Shown here: one piece after another, positions 18,462 through 26,329 of the stretch
How the letters are laid out: the number at the start of each line of letters is the position of its first letter
Position numbering within the stretch: the first letter of the stretch is position 1
Source of the DNA: Candidatus Latescibacterota bacterium
GTDB taxonomy: Bacteria; Latescibacterota; UBA2968; GCA-2709665
Assembly (NCBI GenBank): GCA_965248435.1
Contig: OZ252100.1
Coordinates: 160,001-224,000 of the forward strand
Direction of reading: 5' to 3'
DNA length: 64,000 bases
Notes under the pieces: model-generated
Told to the model about the DNA's origin: nothing
Database searches by the model: none
What the model saw: only the letters and a program-made list of their open reading frames with translations
Position numbers and translations under genes: made by a program

Positions 18462-19352
18462 ATGAAGACACCGATGATCCTCATCGCGGGTCCACTCGGC
18501 AGCGGAAAGACGACGCTGCTCCGCAGACTGATCGATTCCACAGATCTGAAAACCGCGGTGTTGATGAACGAATTCGGAGAGATCGCGGTCGACAGCCGCG
18601 TGATAAAGGGAAAACATATCGAAGTCGTGGAGCTCTTGGGGGGCTGTGTCTGCTGTTCGTTGATCGGGGCGTTCGAGGCCGCCGTGGAGGAAATCATGTC
18701 CACCCATAACCCCGATCTCCTCATCGCGGAGACCTCCGGCGTGGCCGAGCCGGATTCGGTCGTCTTCGGTGTGGAGGAAGGACTGCCTGACGTTCGGCTG
18801 GACAGTGTCGTTGCGGTCGCGGATGTGGATGGGATGGTCAGGTTTCCCGACCTTGGTTTTGCGACCCGGTTGCAGTTCGAGACGGCTGATCTCATCCTGG
18901 TCAACAAGATCGACCTTGCGACCGATGCGGACACAACGCAAGTCGAGAGCCGCCTGGATGAAATCAACTCGATCGCCCAGAAGTTCAGAACGGTTCGCTG
19001 CGAGATCGATCCCAGGCTTCTCCTGGGAACGGAAGAAGGGCACAGGTCGAGAACGAGGAAAGTGGTCAAGGCCCACGATCGGGTTTCAGAAGTGCAGTCC
19101 TTTTCCTATACGTCGGCAGGTCGCGTAGACCTGGAGAAATTCGAGGCCGTCGTCGACGGGCTTCTTCCGGACATCTACAGGGCGAAAGGATTCCTCCGCT
19201 GCCAGAATCGGGGTCTCATGTTCAACTTTGTCGCTGGACGCTGGGAACTCGAGCCGTTTCCCGCGGAGCGGACCGAGCTGGTGTTCATCGGCCGCAATGC
19301 GGACCAGGTCCAGGCGTCCGTCCAGCGCGAGATCCGCGCGTGTGAGATTTGA
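18462..19352 (+). CDS. COG0523/CobW-family G3E metal-binding GTPase
   Basis: GPLGSGKTT, NEFGE, GCVCC (CxCC), ETSGVAEP, NKID and a CobW C-terminal domain (RAKG...LVFIG). Confidence 0.92.
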   Translation: MKTPMILIAGPLGSGKTTLLRRLIDSTDLKTAVLMNEFGEIAVDSRVIKGKHIEVVELLGGCVCCSLIGAFEAAVEEIMSTHNPDLLIAETSGVAEPDSVVFGVEEGLPDVRLDSVVAVADVDGMVRFPDLGFATRLQFETADLILVNKIDLATDADTTQVESRLDEINSIAQKFRTVRCEIDPRLLLGTEEGHRSRTRKVVKAHDRVSEVQSFSYTSAGRVDLEKFEAVVDGLLPDIYRAKGFLRCQNRGLMFNFVAGRWELEPFPAERTELVFIGRNADQVQASVQREIRACEI

Positions 19353-19372
19353 CGATTTTGGACCGGGTAGAG

Positions 19373-19813
19373 ATGTCTAAATCCTCCTACAAATTCCTGG
19401 ATGATATCGCGATTGCCGATGCGGCCTTCGAGGCGCGGGGTGATACGCCGGAGGCCCTTTTCGTGGCCGCGGCGGATGCAACGCTCAACGTGATGGTGGA
19501 AAATCTGGATGCGGTCGCGGCTCAGACAAAACGGCCGTTCCGGTTCCAGTCCAAAGATCTCGACCTCCTCCTGTTCGACCTGCTGCAGGAGGTGATCTTT
19601 TTCAAGGACGCCGAGCGGCTCCTGCTCAGGGTAGGTCACATCCAGATCGAGCAGGGCAAGGATGTCAGCACGGCATCGGGTGACCTCGTAGGCGAAGTGA
19701 TGGATCCAGAGAGACACGACCTCGTCGTAGACGTCAAGGCGGTCACCCTCCACGAGTTCCGCGTTGCAAGAGACAAGCGCGGGTGGAACGCATTCGTGAT
19801 TCTGGACATCTGA
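19373..19813 (+). CDS. Archease
   Basis: YKFLDDIAIADAAFEARG..EALF, VKAVTLH, terminal ILDI. An alternative TTG start at 19349 overlaps the upstream stop. Confidence 0.92.
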   Translation: MSKSSYKFLDDIAIADAAFEARGDTPEALFVAAADATLNVMVENLDAVAAQTKRPFRFQSKDLDLLLFDLLQEVIFFKDAERLLLRVGHIQIEQGKDVSTASGDLVGEVMDPERHDLVVDVKAVTLHEFRVARDKRGWNAFVILDI

Positions 19814-20427
19814 TGCGGATCGGCGGCGTTGTGCTCTGCGGAGGAGAGAGTCGTCGAATGGGACGCCCGAAGGCGTGGCTCCCTTTCGGGAACGAGGTGA
19901 TGCTTCAGCGGGTCGTGCGAGTCCTCGCAGGGGTCGTGGATCCCGTCCTCGTGGTCTCGGGTGTGGGGCAGGACCTGCCCGACCTGCCCGGCGGGGTGGA
20001 AGTGGCGCAGGACGAAGTGCCCGACAAGGGTCCCCTTCAAGCGTTGGCAAACGGGCTAAAACTGTTTTCGGGGCGCGTCGAGGCCGTCTACGCCACCTCG
20101 TGCGACGTCCCGCTCCTGGAGCCGGAATTCGTCTCCCATCTGGCAGCATTGCTCGATAATTTCGAAGCGGTGGCGCCCGAGGAAGGCGACAGGGCACATC
20201 CTCTTGCTGCCGTCTACCGCGTTTCGGTTTTGTCGAAGGCTGAGGAACTGCTCGGAGACGGGCACCTCCGGCTGAGCATGCTGTTGGATCGCTGCCGGAC
20301 TCGGCGGGTTCAGGTTCAAGATCTGCAGGGGGTAGATTCGACCCTTCAGTCTCTGCGAAACGTGAACACGCCGGAGGACTACGCCTCCCTGCTGGAGCAG
20401 GCCGGACTCACGCCTCCGGAGGGTTGA
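19813..20427 (+). CDS. mobA: Molybdenum cofactor guanylyltransferase
   Basis: VLCGGESRRMGRPKA, GPLQAL, SCDVP, HPLAAVY, NVNTPED; TGATG overlap with archease. Confidence 0.88.
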   Translation: MRIGGVVLCGGESRRMGRPKAWLPFGNEVMLQRVVRVLAGVVDPVLVVSGVGQDLPDLPGGVEVAQDEVPDKGPLQALANGLKLFSGRVEAVYATSCDVPLLEPEFVSHLAALLDNFEAVAPEEGDRAHPLAAVYRVSVLSKAEELLGDGHLRLSMLLDRCRTRRVQVQDLQGVDSTLQSLRNVNTPEDYASLLEQAGLTPPEG

Positions 20428-20505
20428 TAGGGTTAAATTTCGTATGTATATTGGCATCTATTGTTGCCGTAGGAAATTCATTGTGATGTAAGAGAGGAGA
20501 TCGAG

Positions 20506-20811
20506 ATGCCCAAAGAGGACAAGACGCTCGTTAGCGATGAAGAGATTCAGACCGCGGTCGCAGACCTTGCGGGTTGGGAGTATGATGCATCCAGGAAGGA
20601 GTTGAGGCGTGTCTGGAAGTTTGAGAAATTCGTTCCCACGATGGTTTTTGTGAGGAAACTGACCGAGATCATGGACAGCAACAACCACCACTCAGATCTT
20701 CACCTGGACAGTCGGAGCAAGACCCTGACGGTGACGGTGACGACCCACAGCGAAAACGCCGTGACGCGCGCTGATCTGGATTTCGCGGGTGCTGTGAATG
20801 CTGAAGCGTAG
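20506..20811 (+). CDS. Pterin-4-alpha-carbinolamine dehydratase
   Basis: LAGW, NNHHSDL, TTHS..VT.ADL motifs; AGGAG SD. Confidence 0.85.
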   Translation: MPKEDKTLVSDEEIQTAVADLAGWEYDASRKELRRVWKFEKFVPTMVFVRKLTEIMDSNNHHSDLHLDSRSKTLTVTVTTHSENAVTRADLDFAGAVNAEA

Positions 20812-20837
20812 CGGGTGGGTTTTGGCGGGTGGGTTTT
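20811..20837 (+). repeat. Tandem repeat GCGGGTGGGTTTT x2 forming a G-quadruplex motif
   Basis: Copies at 20811-20823 and 20825-20837; G3-N1-G3-N7-G3-N1-G3 at 20813-20833. Confidence 0.8.
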
Positions 20838-20838
20838 T

Positions 20839-20877
20839 CGGCCTCTGAGAGTGTGTCTCACAGAGGCCGTTTTTTTG
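20839..20877 (+). terminator. Intrinsic terminator
   Basis: CGGCCTCTG...CAGAGGCCG stem followed by a T run. Confidence 0.85.
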
Positions 20878-20891
20878 TCTTGAAGGAGCGC

Positions 20892-22865
20892 TCAGGCGCT
20901 CGGGTCTAGACTGCGTATTGTTTGCTCGACCCGATCTCGGGTACTCGGGTCAGAGTCCCAATATTTGAGAAAGGCCTGGTAGTGCTGAATGGCCAACGCC
21001 GCGTCCCCTTCGGAACGCAGGAGATTGGCGATATGATAATGCGCGATCGCCAGGTCGGGCTTGAGCCGAAGCGCAGTTTCGAACGCTTTGCGGGCCTCCG
21101 CGTTGCGTCCTTCCTGGGCGTAGACCGCACCCAGGTTGCAGAAGACGCCGGGGTGCCTGTAGTTCCCTGAGATGGCCCTTTCGTAGGCCGCGTGTGCGCC
21201 TCGCAGATCCCCACGACGCTGGTAGATCACGCCGAGGGTGTTGTGGAGTTGGGCGAGGTTCGGGGAGAGGCTTAGCGCGGTCTTGAACGCCTCTTCAGCC
21301 TCCTCGGGCTTGCCCACGCCCATGTAGGCTTCACCCAGTGCGGTCCAGGCCTCCACGAATGTCGGCTTCAACCTCACGGCCTTGAGGTAGTAGCTAAGGG
21401 CCTTTTGCGGTTCCTGAAGTCTCCAGTAGGCATCTGCGAGACGGTAGTGGACGATGGGATAGTCGGCCTTGATGCTCAGTATCGAATGATACTCGAACAC
21501 GGCGAGGAGCCAATCCCCGCGGTTCTCGAATACAGACGCCAGGTTCAAATGGGCGCGAACGGACCGTGGAGATTCCGCTACAGCGCTTCTAAACAGCGTT
21601 TCGTCGTCGAGCCAGTCTCTGTTCCTGAGGAGGGTTCGCCAGGTGCCCGCAGCTAAGAGCAGGACGGCAAGGCTAACCGCGATCTTTCGTCCCATCGGCG
21701 TTCCCATCCAGGAGGGCCGAAGACGGAGAGCCGCAAGTCCCAAAACCAGGCAGAATCCCGCCGAAGGAAAATAGAGATAGCGCTCCGAGAGAATGCTCCC
21801 CGATGGGAAAAGAGGGTTCAGACTCACGGCCAGCGGGAATACGAGCAATGCGGCGCCAAACATCCCGATGCGACAGCGCCGCCAACCTCTCACGATGACA
21901 AATCCGACCAGGACAAACAACCCGGCGGCAAGGAGAAAGCTGCCGTGAAGGGGTGTTGTGATGACCGATATCTGATTGAATCCATAATCCACAGAGAGCG
22001 TCCCTGGAACGGTAAGGAGTCGCGCGTAGTGCAGGGCGATCACTGGAAGCGTCATCACGCGAACCGCCAAATCTTCCCCTACAAGTGGATTGTCCATCGG
22101 GGAGGGCGGTACGGGACGCAGGTTCCCGACGGCGACCATCCTGAGAATCAGGAAGAGCCCGAGGGAGGTGAGGACCCAGACGTGGTGGGACCTCATTCGG
22201 CGCCAGAGGAAAGAGATCATCCCCCGTGAGGCCGCCGGCCTCCAGATCAGGTCACAGAAAAGGAGAAGGCCGGGCAGTACGAGGGCCGTTTCTTTTGCGC
22301 AAAGGGAGAAAAGGACCGCCAGGGCCGTCCCGAATCGAGAGACCCATCCCTTCTGGACGAACAGCAACAGGGCCGTCAGTCCGAACACGCTGAACAGGAG
22401 ATCGGAACGCCCTGAAATGTGCGCGACCGCCTCGGTGTGAACGGGGTGTACTGCAAACAGGAGTGCGGCGAACAGGGCAGGCACTGCGCGGCGAAGCAGC
22501 CTCCGGCAAAGCAGGAAGACCAGCAGAGTAGTGAGCCCGTGCAGGAAGACGTTCGTCAGATGATAGCCGAAGGGATTGTCTGCCCAGACGGCATAATCCA
22601 GCGCCAGGCTGAGGACCGTGAGGGGACGATAGTAGGTACCGCTCCCATCCTGGGCGAACCCCTTCCAATATTCAGCCCCGAAGATCCCGAACAGATCAAC
22701 CTGCTTGACCGCCTCGTTTTGAAGCAGGACGAAGTGGTCGTCATACACGAATCCGTTGCCCAGGCTGTTGATGTAGACGAACCCGGCGACGAAGACGGCT
22801 ATGAGTCCAGGCAGGACGTGGCTTGTGACCAGGCGGTGGTGAGCCAGACTTCGCAAAACCTGCAT
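20892..22865 (-). CDS. TMTC-like GT-C membrane glycosyltransferase with C-terminal TPR repeats
   Basis: FVYDD, YYRPL, HPVHTEAV..ISGRSD, KET, SERYLY membrane domain, then multiple TPRs. Confidence 0.88.
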   Translation of the reverse strand: MQVLRSLAHHRLVTSHVLPGLIAVFVAGFVYINSLGNGFVYDDHFVLLQNEAVKQVDLFGIFGAEYWKGFAQDGSGTYYRPLTVLSLALDYAVWADNPFGYHLTNVFLHGLTTLLVFLLCRRLLRRAVPALFAALLFAVHPVHTEAVAHISGRSDLLFSVFGLTALLLFVQKGWVSRFGTALAVLFSLCAKETALVLPGLLLFCDLIWRPAASRGMISFLWRRMRSHHVWVLTSLGLFLILRMVAVGNLRPVPPSPMDNPLVGEDLAVRVMTLPVIALHYARLLTVPGTLSVDYGFNQISVITTPLHGSFLLAAGLFVLVGFVIVRGWRRCRIGMFGAALLVFPLAVSLNPLFPSGSILSERYLYFPSAGFCLVLGLAALRLRPSWMGTPMGRKIAVSLAVLLLAAGTWRTLLRNRDWLDDETLFRSAVAESPRSVRAHLNLASVFENRGDWLLAVFEYHSILSIKADYPIVHYRLADAYWRLQEPQKALSYYLKAVRLKPTFVEAWTALGEAYMGVGKPEEAEEAFKTALSLSPNLAQLHNTLGVIYQRRGDLRGAHAAYERAISGNYRHPGVFCNLGAVYAQEGRNAEARKAFETALRLKPDLAIAHYHIANLLRSEGDAALAIQHYQAFLKYWDSDPSTRDRVEQTIRSLDPSA

Positions 22866-22935
22866 CTGAATCTCCTGTAACGGTTTCAGGCGCAGGCAAT
22901 GTGCTCGGCTCGGTGTGTTGTACTTCCCCTAACTA

Positions 22936-22962
22936 TTATCGATAGGGTGTGAAAAAACTTTA
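22936..22962 (-). promoter_or_regulatory. Putative sigma28 (FliA)-type promoter
   Basis: Minus strand TAAAGTTT-N11-ATCGATAA versus consensus TAAAGTTT-N11-GCCGATAA; about 70 nt upstream of ATG 22865. Confidence 0.5.
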
Positions 22963-23078
22963 GGCGAAATGGACGGGTATAATGTCTAGTCGTTCATAAA
23001 AGATCCCAGGCATTAGATTATATAATCGATGTAACCTGCTCAAGCGCAAATGATTATATAAATCACTTATACCGTTCG

Positions 23079-23107
23079 TTGACTTCTATCAGCGGGCTTC
23101 TTACATT
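23079..23107 (+). promoter_or_regulatory. Sigma70 promoter for yitJ-like gene
   Basis: TTGACT-17nt-TACATT. Confidence 0.6.
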
Positions 23108-23157
23108 TCATCAGCGGGCGGATTCTGGATGCTCAGCGTGAAGAAAGGGACCTTTTG

Positions 23158-25053
23158 ATGGGTGCCAAGCGGGGACAAGACCTCCTTCAGCAGTTGGAGC
23201 ACGAGGTCTTTGTAGCAGACGGTGCGATGGGCACGGTGCTCTGCGCCCGCGGCATCCCCTGGAATGCCTGCCTGGAAGGGGTCAACCTCACTCGGCCGGA
23301 CCTGGTGAAGGCCATTCACCTGGAGTATGTCGAGGCCGGCAGCGGTCTGGTTGAGAGCAACACGTTTGGGGCCAATCGAAACAAGCTCGCCGCTGCCGAC
23401 ATGGCGGACAAGGCCGGTGAGATCAATGCCGCTGGGGTCCGACTGGCCCGGTCGGCCATTCCCGAAGAGGTCTATCTCGCCGGGTCTGTCGGGCCCTTCG
23501 GCCGAATCGAATCGAACGAGGAAGTCAGCGACGAAACACGGTATGAAACGTTTCGGTCGCAGATCGAGGTCCTGCTCGAAGAGGGGGTGGACGTCATCCT
23601 CTTGGAGACCTTTTCTCAGGTTCAGGAGCTAAAACTGGCCCTTCAGGCCGTCAAGGACCTGGATTCGGAGATCCCTGTGATCTGCCAGATGGCGTTCACA
23701 GACGTGCTCAGATCCGAGGGCGGCGCCGACACCGTGCGTGCGCTCCTTGATTTCGAGCGTCTCGGGGCCTCGGTGATCGGGGGCAACTGCGGAGCCGGGC
23801 CTCTAGGGCTTATCCGGGTCGTGGAAGGGATCGCCCCACTCACCCGCGCGAAGCTCTCAGCGCAACCGAACGCCGGTTACCCGCAATATGTGAACGGACG
23901 GTCCATCTATCTGTCCGACCCGAGCTATTTCGCGGAAAGTGCAGAAAGGCTTGTGAATGCGGGCGCAAATCTGGTCGGGGGGTGCTGCGGGACGACGCCG
24001 GATCACATCCGGGGAGTCGTCGAGCGGGTTGGGGGACGGCCTCCGGCCGGAAGGCGCGTCGGAAGGGCCCCGGGGCCACCCACCAGACCCCGGCGCAGGC
24101 CAAGCCGGCAAAGCCGGCCGAGCCTGCCGAGGCGCCCCGGGATCTACAGCCCGATAGACCGAGTTGGAACGACCAAGGTCGTGATCGTAGAGGTCAAGCC
24201 TCCGCGAGGGATGGCGATGGGTGCGGTGCGGAGGGCGGCGAAGCGCCTGAAAGAAGCCGGCGTCGATGCATACAGTCTGGTTGAGAGTTCATTGGCCCAG
24301 GTCCGCATGAATCCCTTCGCCGTCGGCCACCTCCTCCAGGAAGAGTTCGGGATTGCGGCCGTCGTGCACTGCACCTGCAGAGACCGAAACCTTATGGGGC
24401 AGCAGTCTGAACTTACAGGGGCGGTGCCTCTCGGGATTCGCACCGTGTTGGCCCTGACCGGAGATCCGGCCTCGATGGGGGATGCGTCAGGTTCAAGCTC
24501 GGTCTACGATACGAATTCCCTGGGTTTGATCGAACTGACCGCCAACCTGAACCGCAGCGTCAATGTGGCGGGGAATCCGATCAGCGGGTCGGCTAACTTC
24601 GTCATCGGCGCAGGTTTTGACCCGAATGTCTCCCGTCTGGATCCAGCGATCAAAAGACTGGAAAAGAAGGTCCAGATCGGGGCCCGGTTTGCCATGACGC
24701 AGCCAGTGTTCGATCCCCGGCGCGCCACCGAGATCTACGACGCCACGGCCCACCTCAACATCCCGATCTTTCTGGGCGTGATGCCGCTTATCTCCCACCG
24801 GAATGCCATCTTTCTGCACAATGAGGTCCCTGGGATACGGATTCCGCCCGAGACGCTCACGCGGATGGCGTCGGCCGGAGAGGATGCCGCCGCAGAGGAA
24901 GGATTCGCAGTTGCCAGGGAAATCATCGATGCGGCTCTGGATTCTGCCCCTGGATTCTACATCATGCCTCAATTGGAAAACTATCAAACCGCGGCCAGAC
25001 TCGTCCGGTACGTCAAACAGGGCTCCGAGAAGCTGAAATTACAGGACGTCTAG
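23158..25053 (+). CDS. Bifunctional homocysteine S-methyltransferase / methylenetetrahydrofolate reductase (YitJ-like)
   Basis: DGAMGT, GGNCGAG, QPNAG, GGCCGTTPDHI; MTHFR half with HCTCRDRN, LALTGD, MTQPVFD, NEVPGI. Confidence 0.92.
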   Translation: MGAKRGQDLLQQLEHEVFVADGAMGTVLCARGIPWNACLEGVNLTRPDLVKAIHLEYVEAGSGLVESNTFGANRNKLAAADMADKAGEINAAGVRLARSAIPEEVYLAGSVGPFGRIESNEEVSDETRYETFRSQIEVLLEEGVDVILLETFSQVQELKLALQAVKDLDSEIPVICQMAFTDVLRSEGGADTVRALLDFERLGASVIGGNCGAGPLGLIRVVEGIAPLTRAKLSAQPNAGYPQYVNGRSIYLSDPSYFAESAERLVNAGANLVGGCCGTTPDHIRGVVERVGGRPPAGRRVGRAPGPPTRPRRRPSRQSRPSLPRRPGIYSPIDRVGTTKVVIVEVKPPRGMAMGAVRRAAKRLKEAGVDAYSLVESSLAQVRMNPFAVGHLLQEEFGIAAVVHCTCRDRNLMGQQSELTGAVPLGIRTVLALTGDPASMGDASGSSSVYDTNSLGLIELTANLNRSVNVAGNPISGSANFVIGAGFDPNVSRLDPAIKRLEKKVQIGARFAMTQPVFDPRRATEIYDATAHLNIPIFLGVMPLISHRNAIFLHNEVPGIRIPPETLTRMASAGEDAAAEEGFAVAREIIDAALDSAPGFYIMPQLENYQTAARLVRYVKQGSEKLKLQDV

Positions 25054-25172
25054 CAGAACCCTGATGATCTTGTTGAAGATTTGGGGGTTGCCAGATCTGG
25101 AAATTTGCTTATTTTCGTATTTCATTAGTAAAGACATGTTTCCGCTCAATTGACCATCAAAGGAGGAAAGGA

Positions 25173-25520
25173 ATGGGAGAATCCAACCACCAGGTCACTG
25201 CCTATCTAAAGCCACAGTGCGGATGGAGCCGAGGCGTCCGCGCTGTCCTCGCGAAATACGGACTCGAGTTTGAAGACAAGGACGTCATAAACGACCCCGA
25301 GAATTATGAAGAGATGGTGCGAAAGACGGGCCAGCCCATGCAGCCGTGCGTGGAGATCGATGGCGAGATGCTCATAGACGTCAGCGGTGAGGAGCTTGAG
25401 GCCCATCTGGTGAAGGAAGGGTTCAAGCCCAAGGGCCCCGAACCGGAGGTCCCGACGGATGCCGCGTGTGAGGATCACCAGACCCCTTCCGCGCCTATCT
25501 TTTTCGACCCGAGTTCCTGA
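25173..25520 (+). CDS. Glutaredoxin-like protein (monothiol CGWS)
   Basis: KPQCGWS, TGQ..QPCVEIDG; AAGGAGG SD. Confidence 0.85.
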   Translation: MGESNHQVTAYLKPQCGWSRGVRAVLAKYGLEFEDKDVINDPENYEEMVRKTGQPMQPCVEIDGEMLIDVSGEELEAHLVKEGFKPKGPEPEVPTDAACEDHQTPSAPIFFDPSS

Positions 25521-25614
25521 CTTTTATCTTTCGATCAACGAAGCTAGCAAAAAGAGGCGGTTCCCGGATCAGGGAATCGCCTCTCTCGTATAAATCTCCT
25601 GCAAAAGTCATGAC

Positions 25615-26325
25615 GTGACGAATCAAACCTCTCGGGGTCGGGACTGTTCTCTCCTACCCAGAAAAATCTCCAGCTGCACGCGCTGTCCCAGGCTCGTTGC
25701 CTACCGTGCAACCTTCGACCTTCTTGAGAATCGCAAATTCCCTCGTATCCCCTACTGGGCAAAACCGGTCGCCGGGTTTGGAGATCCGGAGGCCGAGCTG
25801 TTGATCGTCGGACTCGCTCCGGGCGCACACGGGGCGAACCGTACGGGGCGACCGTTTACGGGAGATGCGGCAGGGGAGGTGCTCTACGGGGCTCTCTATG
25901 AGCACGGCTTATGTAACATGCCGACCGTTTTGGGCAGAAAAGACGGCTTGAAACTCAAAAATGCCTATATTACAAATGCGGTTAAGTGCGTACCGCCTGG
26001 AAACCGTCCCACCGGGTCGGAGAAACAGGCCTGTTTGGACTGGTTTCGCGCGGAAGTGTTGAGATTGAAGCAGGTTAGGCTCTTTTTAACGCTCGGGAAA
26101 GACGCGTTCGAGGCCTGCCTGAGGCTGCAGCGGGAAATGGGGGGCGTGAATCGCCTGAAAGACTACCGATTCGCGCACGGAGGGGTCTTCCGCTTCAGGG
26201 AGGATTCGAGGATTCTACTGTCGAGTTACCACTTCAGCCGATATAACATGAATACGGGGGTGTTGACGCTCGAGATGGTTGACAGCATTTTCTCCAAAGT
26301 CAAAACATTGCTGTCCGAGAGGTAG
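25615..26325 (+). CDS. Uracil-DNA glycosylase family 5 (UdgB-like, Fe-S)
   Basis: CTRCPRL, GLAPGAHGANRTGRPFTGD, KCVPPGNRP, SYHFSRYN. Confidence 0.9.
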   Translation: MTNQTSRGRDCSLLPRKISSCTRCPRLVAYRATFDLLENRKFPRIPYWAKPVAGFGDPEAELLIVGLAPGAHGANRTGRPFTGDAAGEVLYGALYEHGLCNMPTVLGRKDGLKLKNAYITNAVKCVPPGNRPTGSEKQACLDWFRAEVLRLKQVRLFLTLGKDAFEACLRLQREMGGVNRLKDYRFAHGGVFRFREDSRILLSSYHFSRYNMNTGVLTLEMVDSIFSKVKTLLSER

Positions 26326-26329
26326 CCTT

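Noticed and set aside
23108-23157. SAM riboswitch upstream of yitJ-like gene
   Set aside because: The leader after the predicted promoter is only about 45 nt and lacks recognisable SAM-I/II cores.
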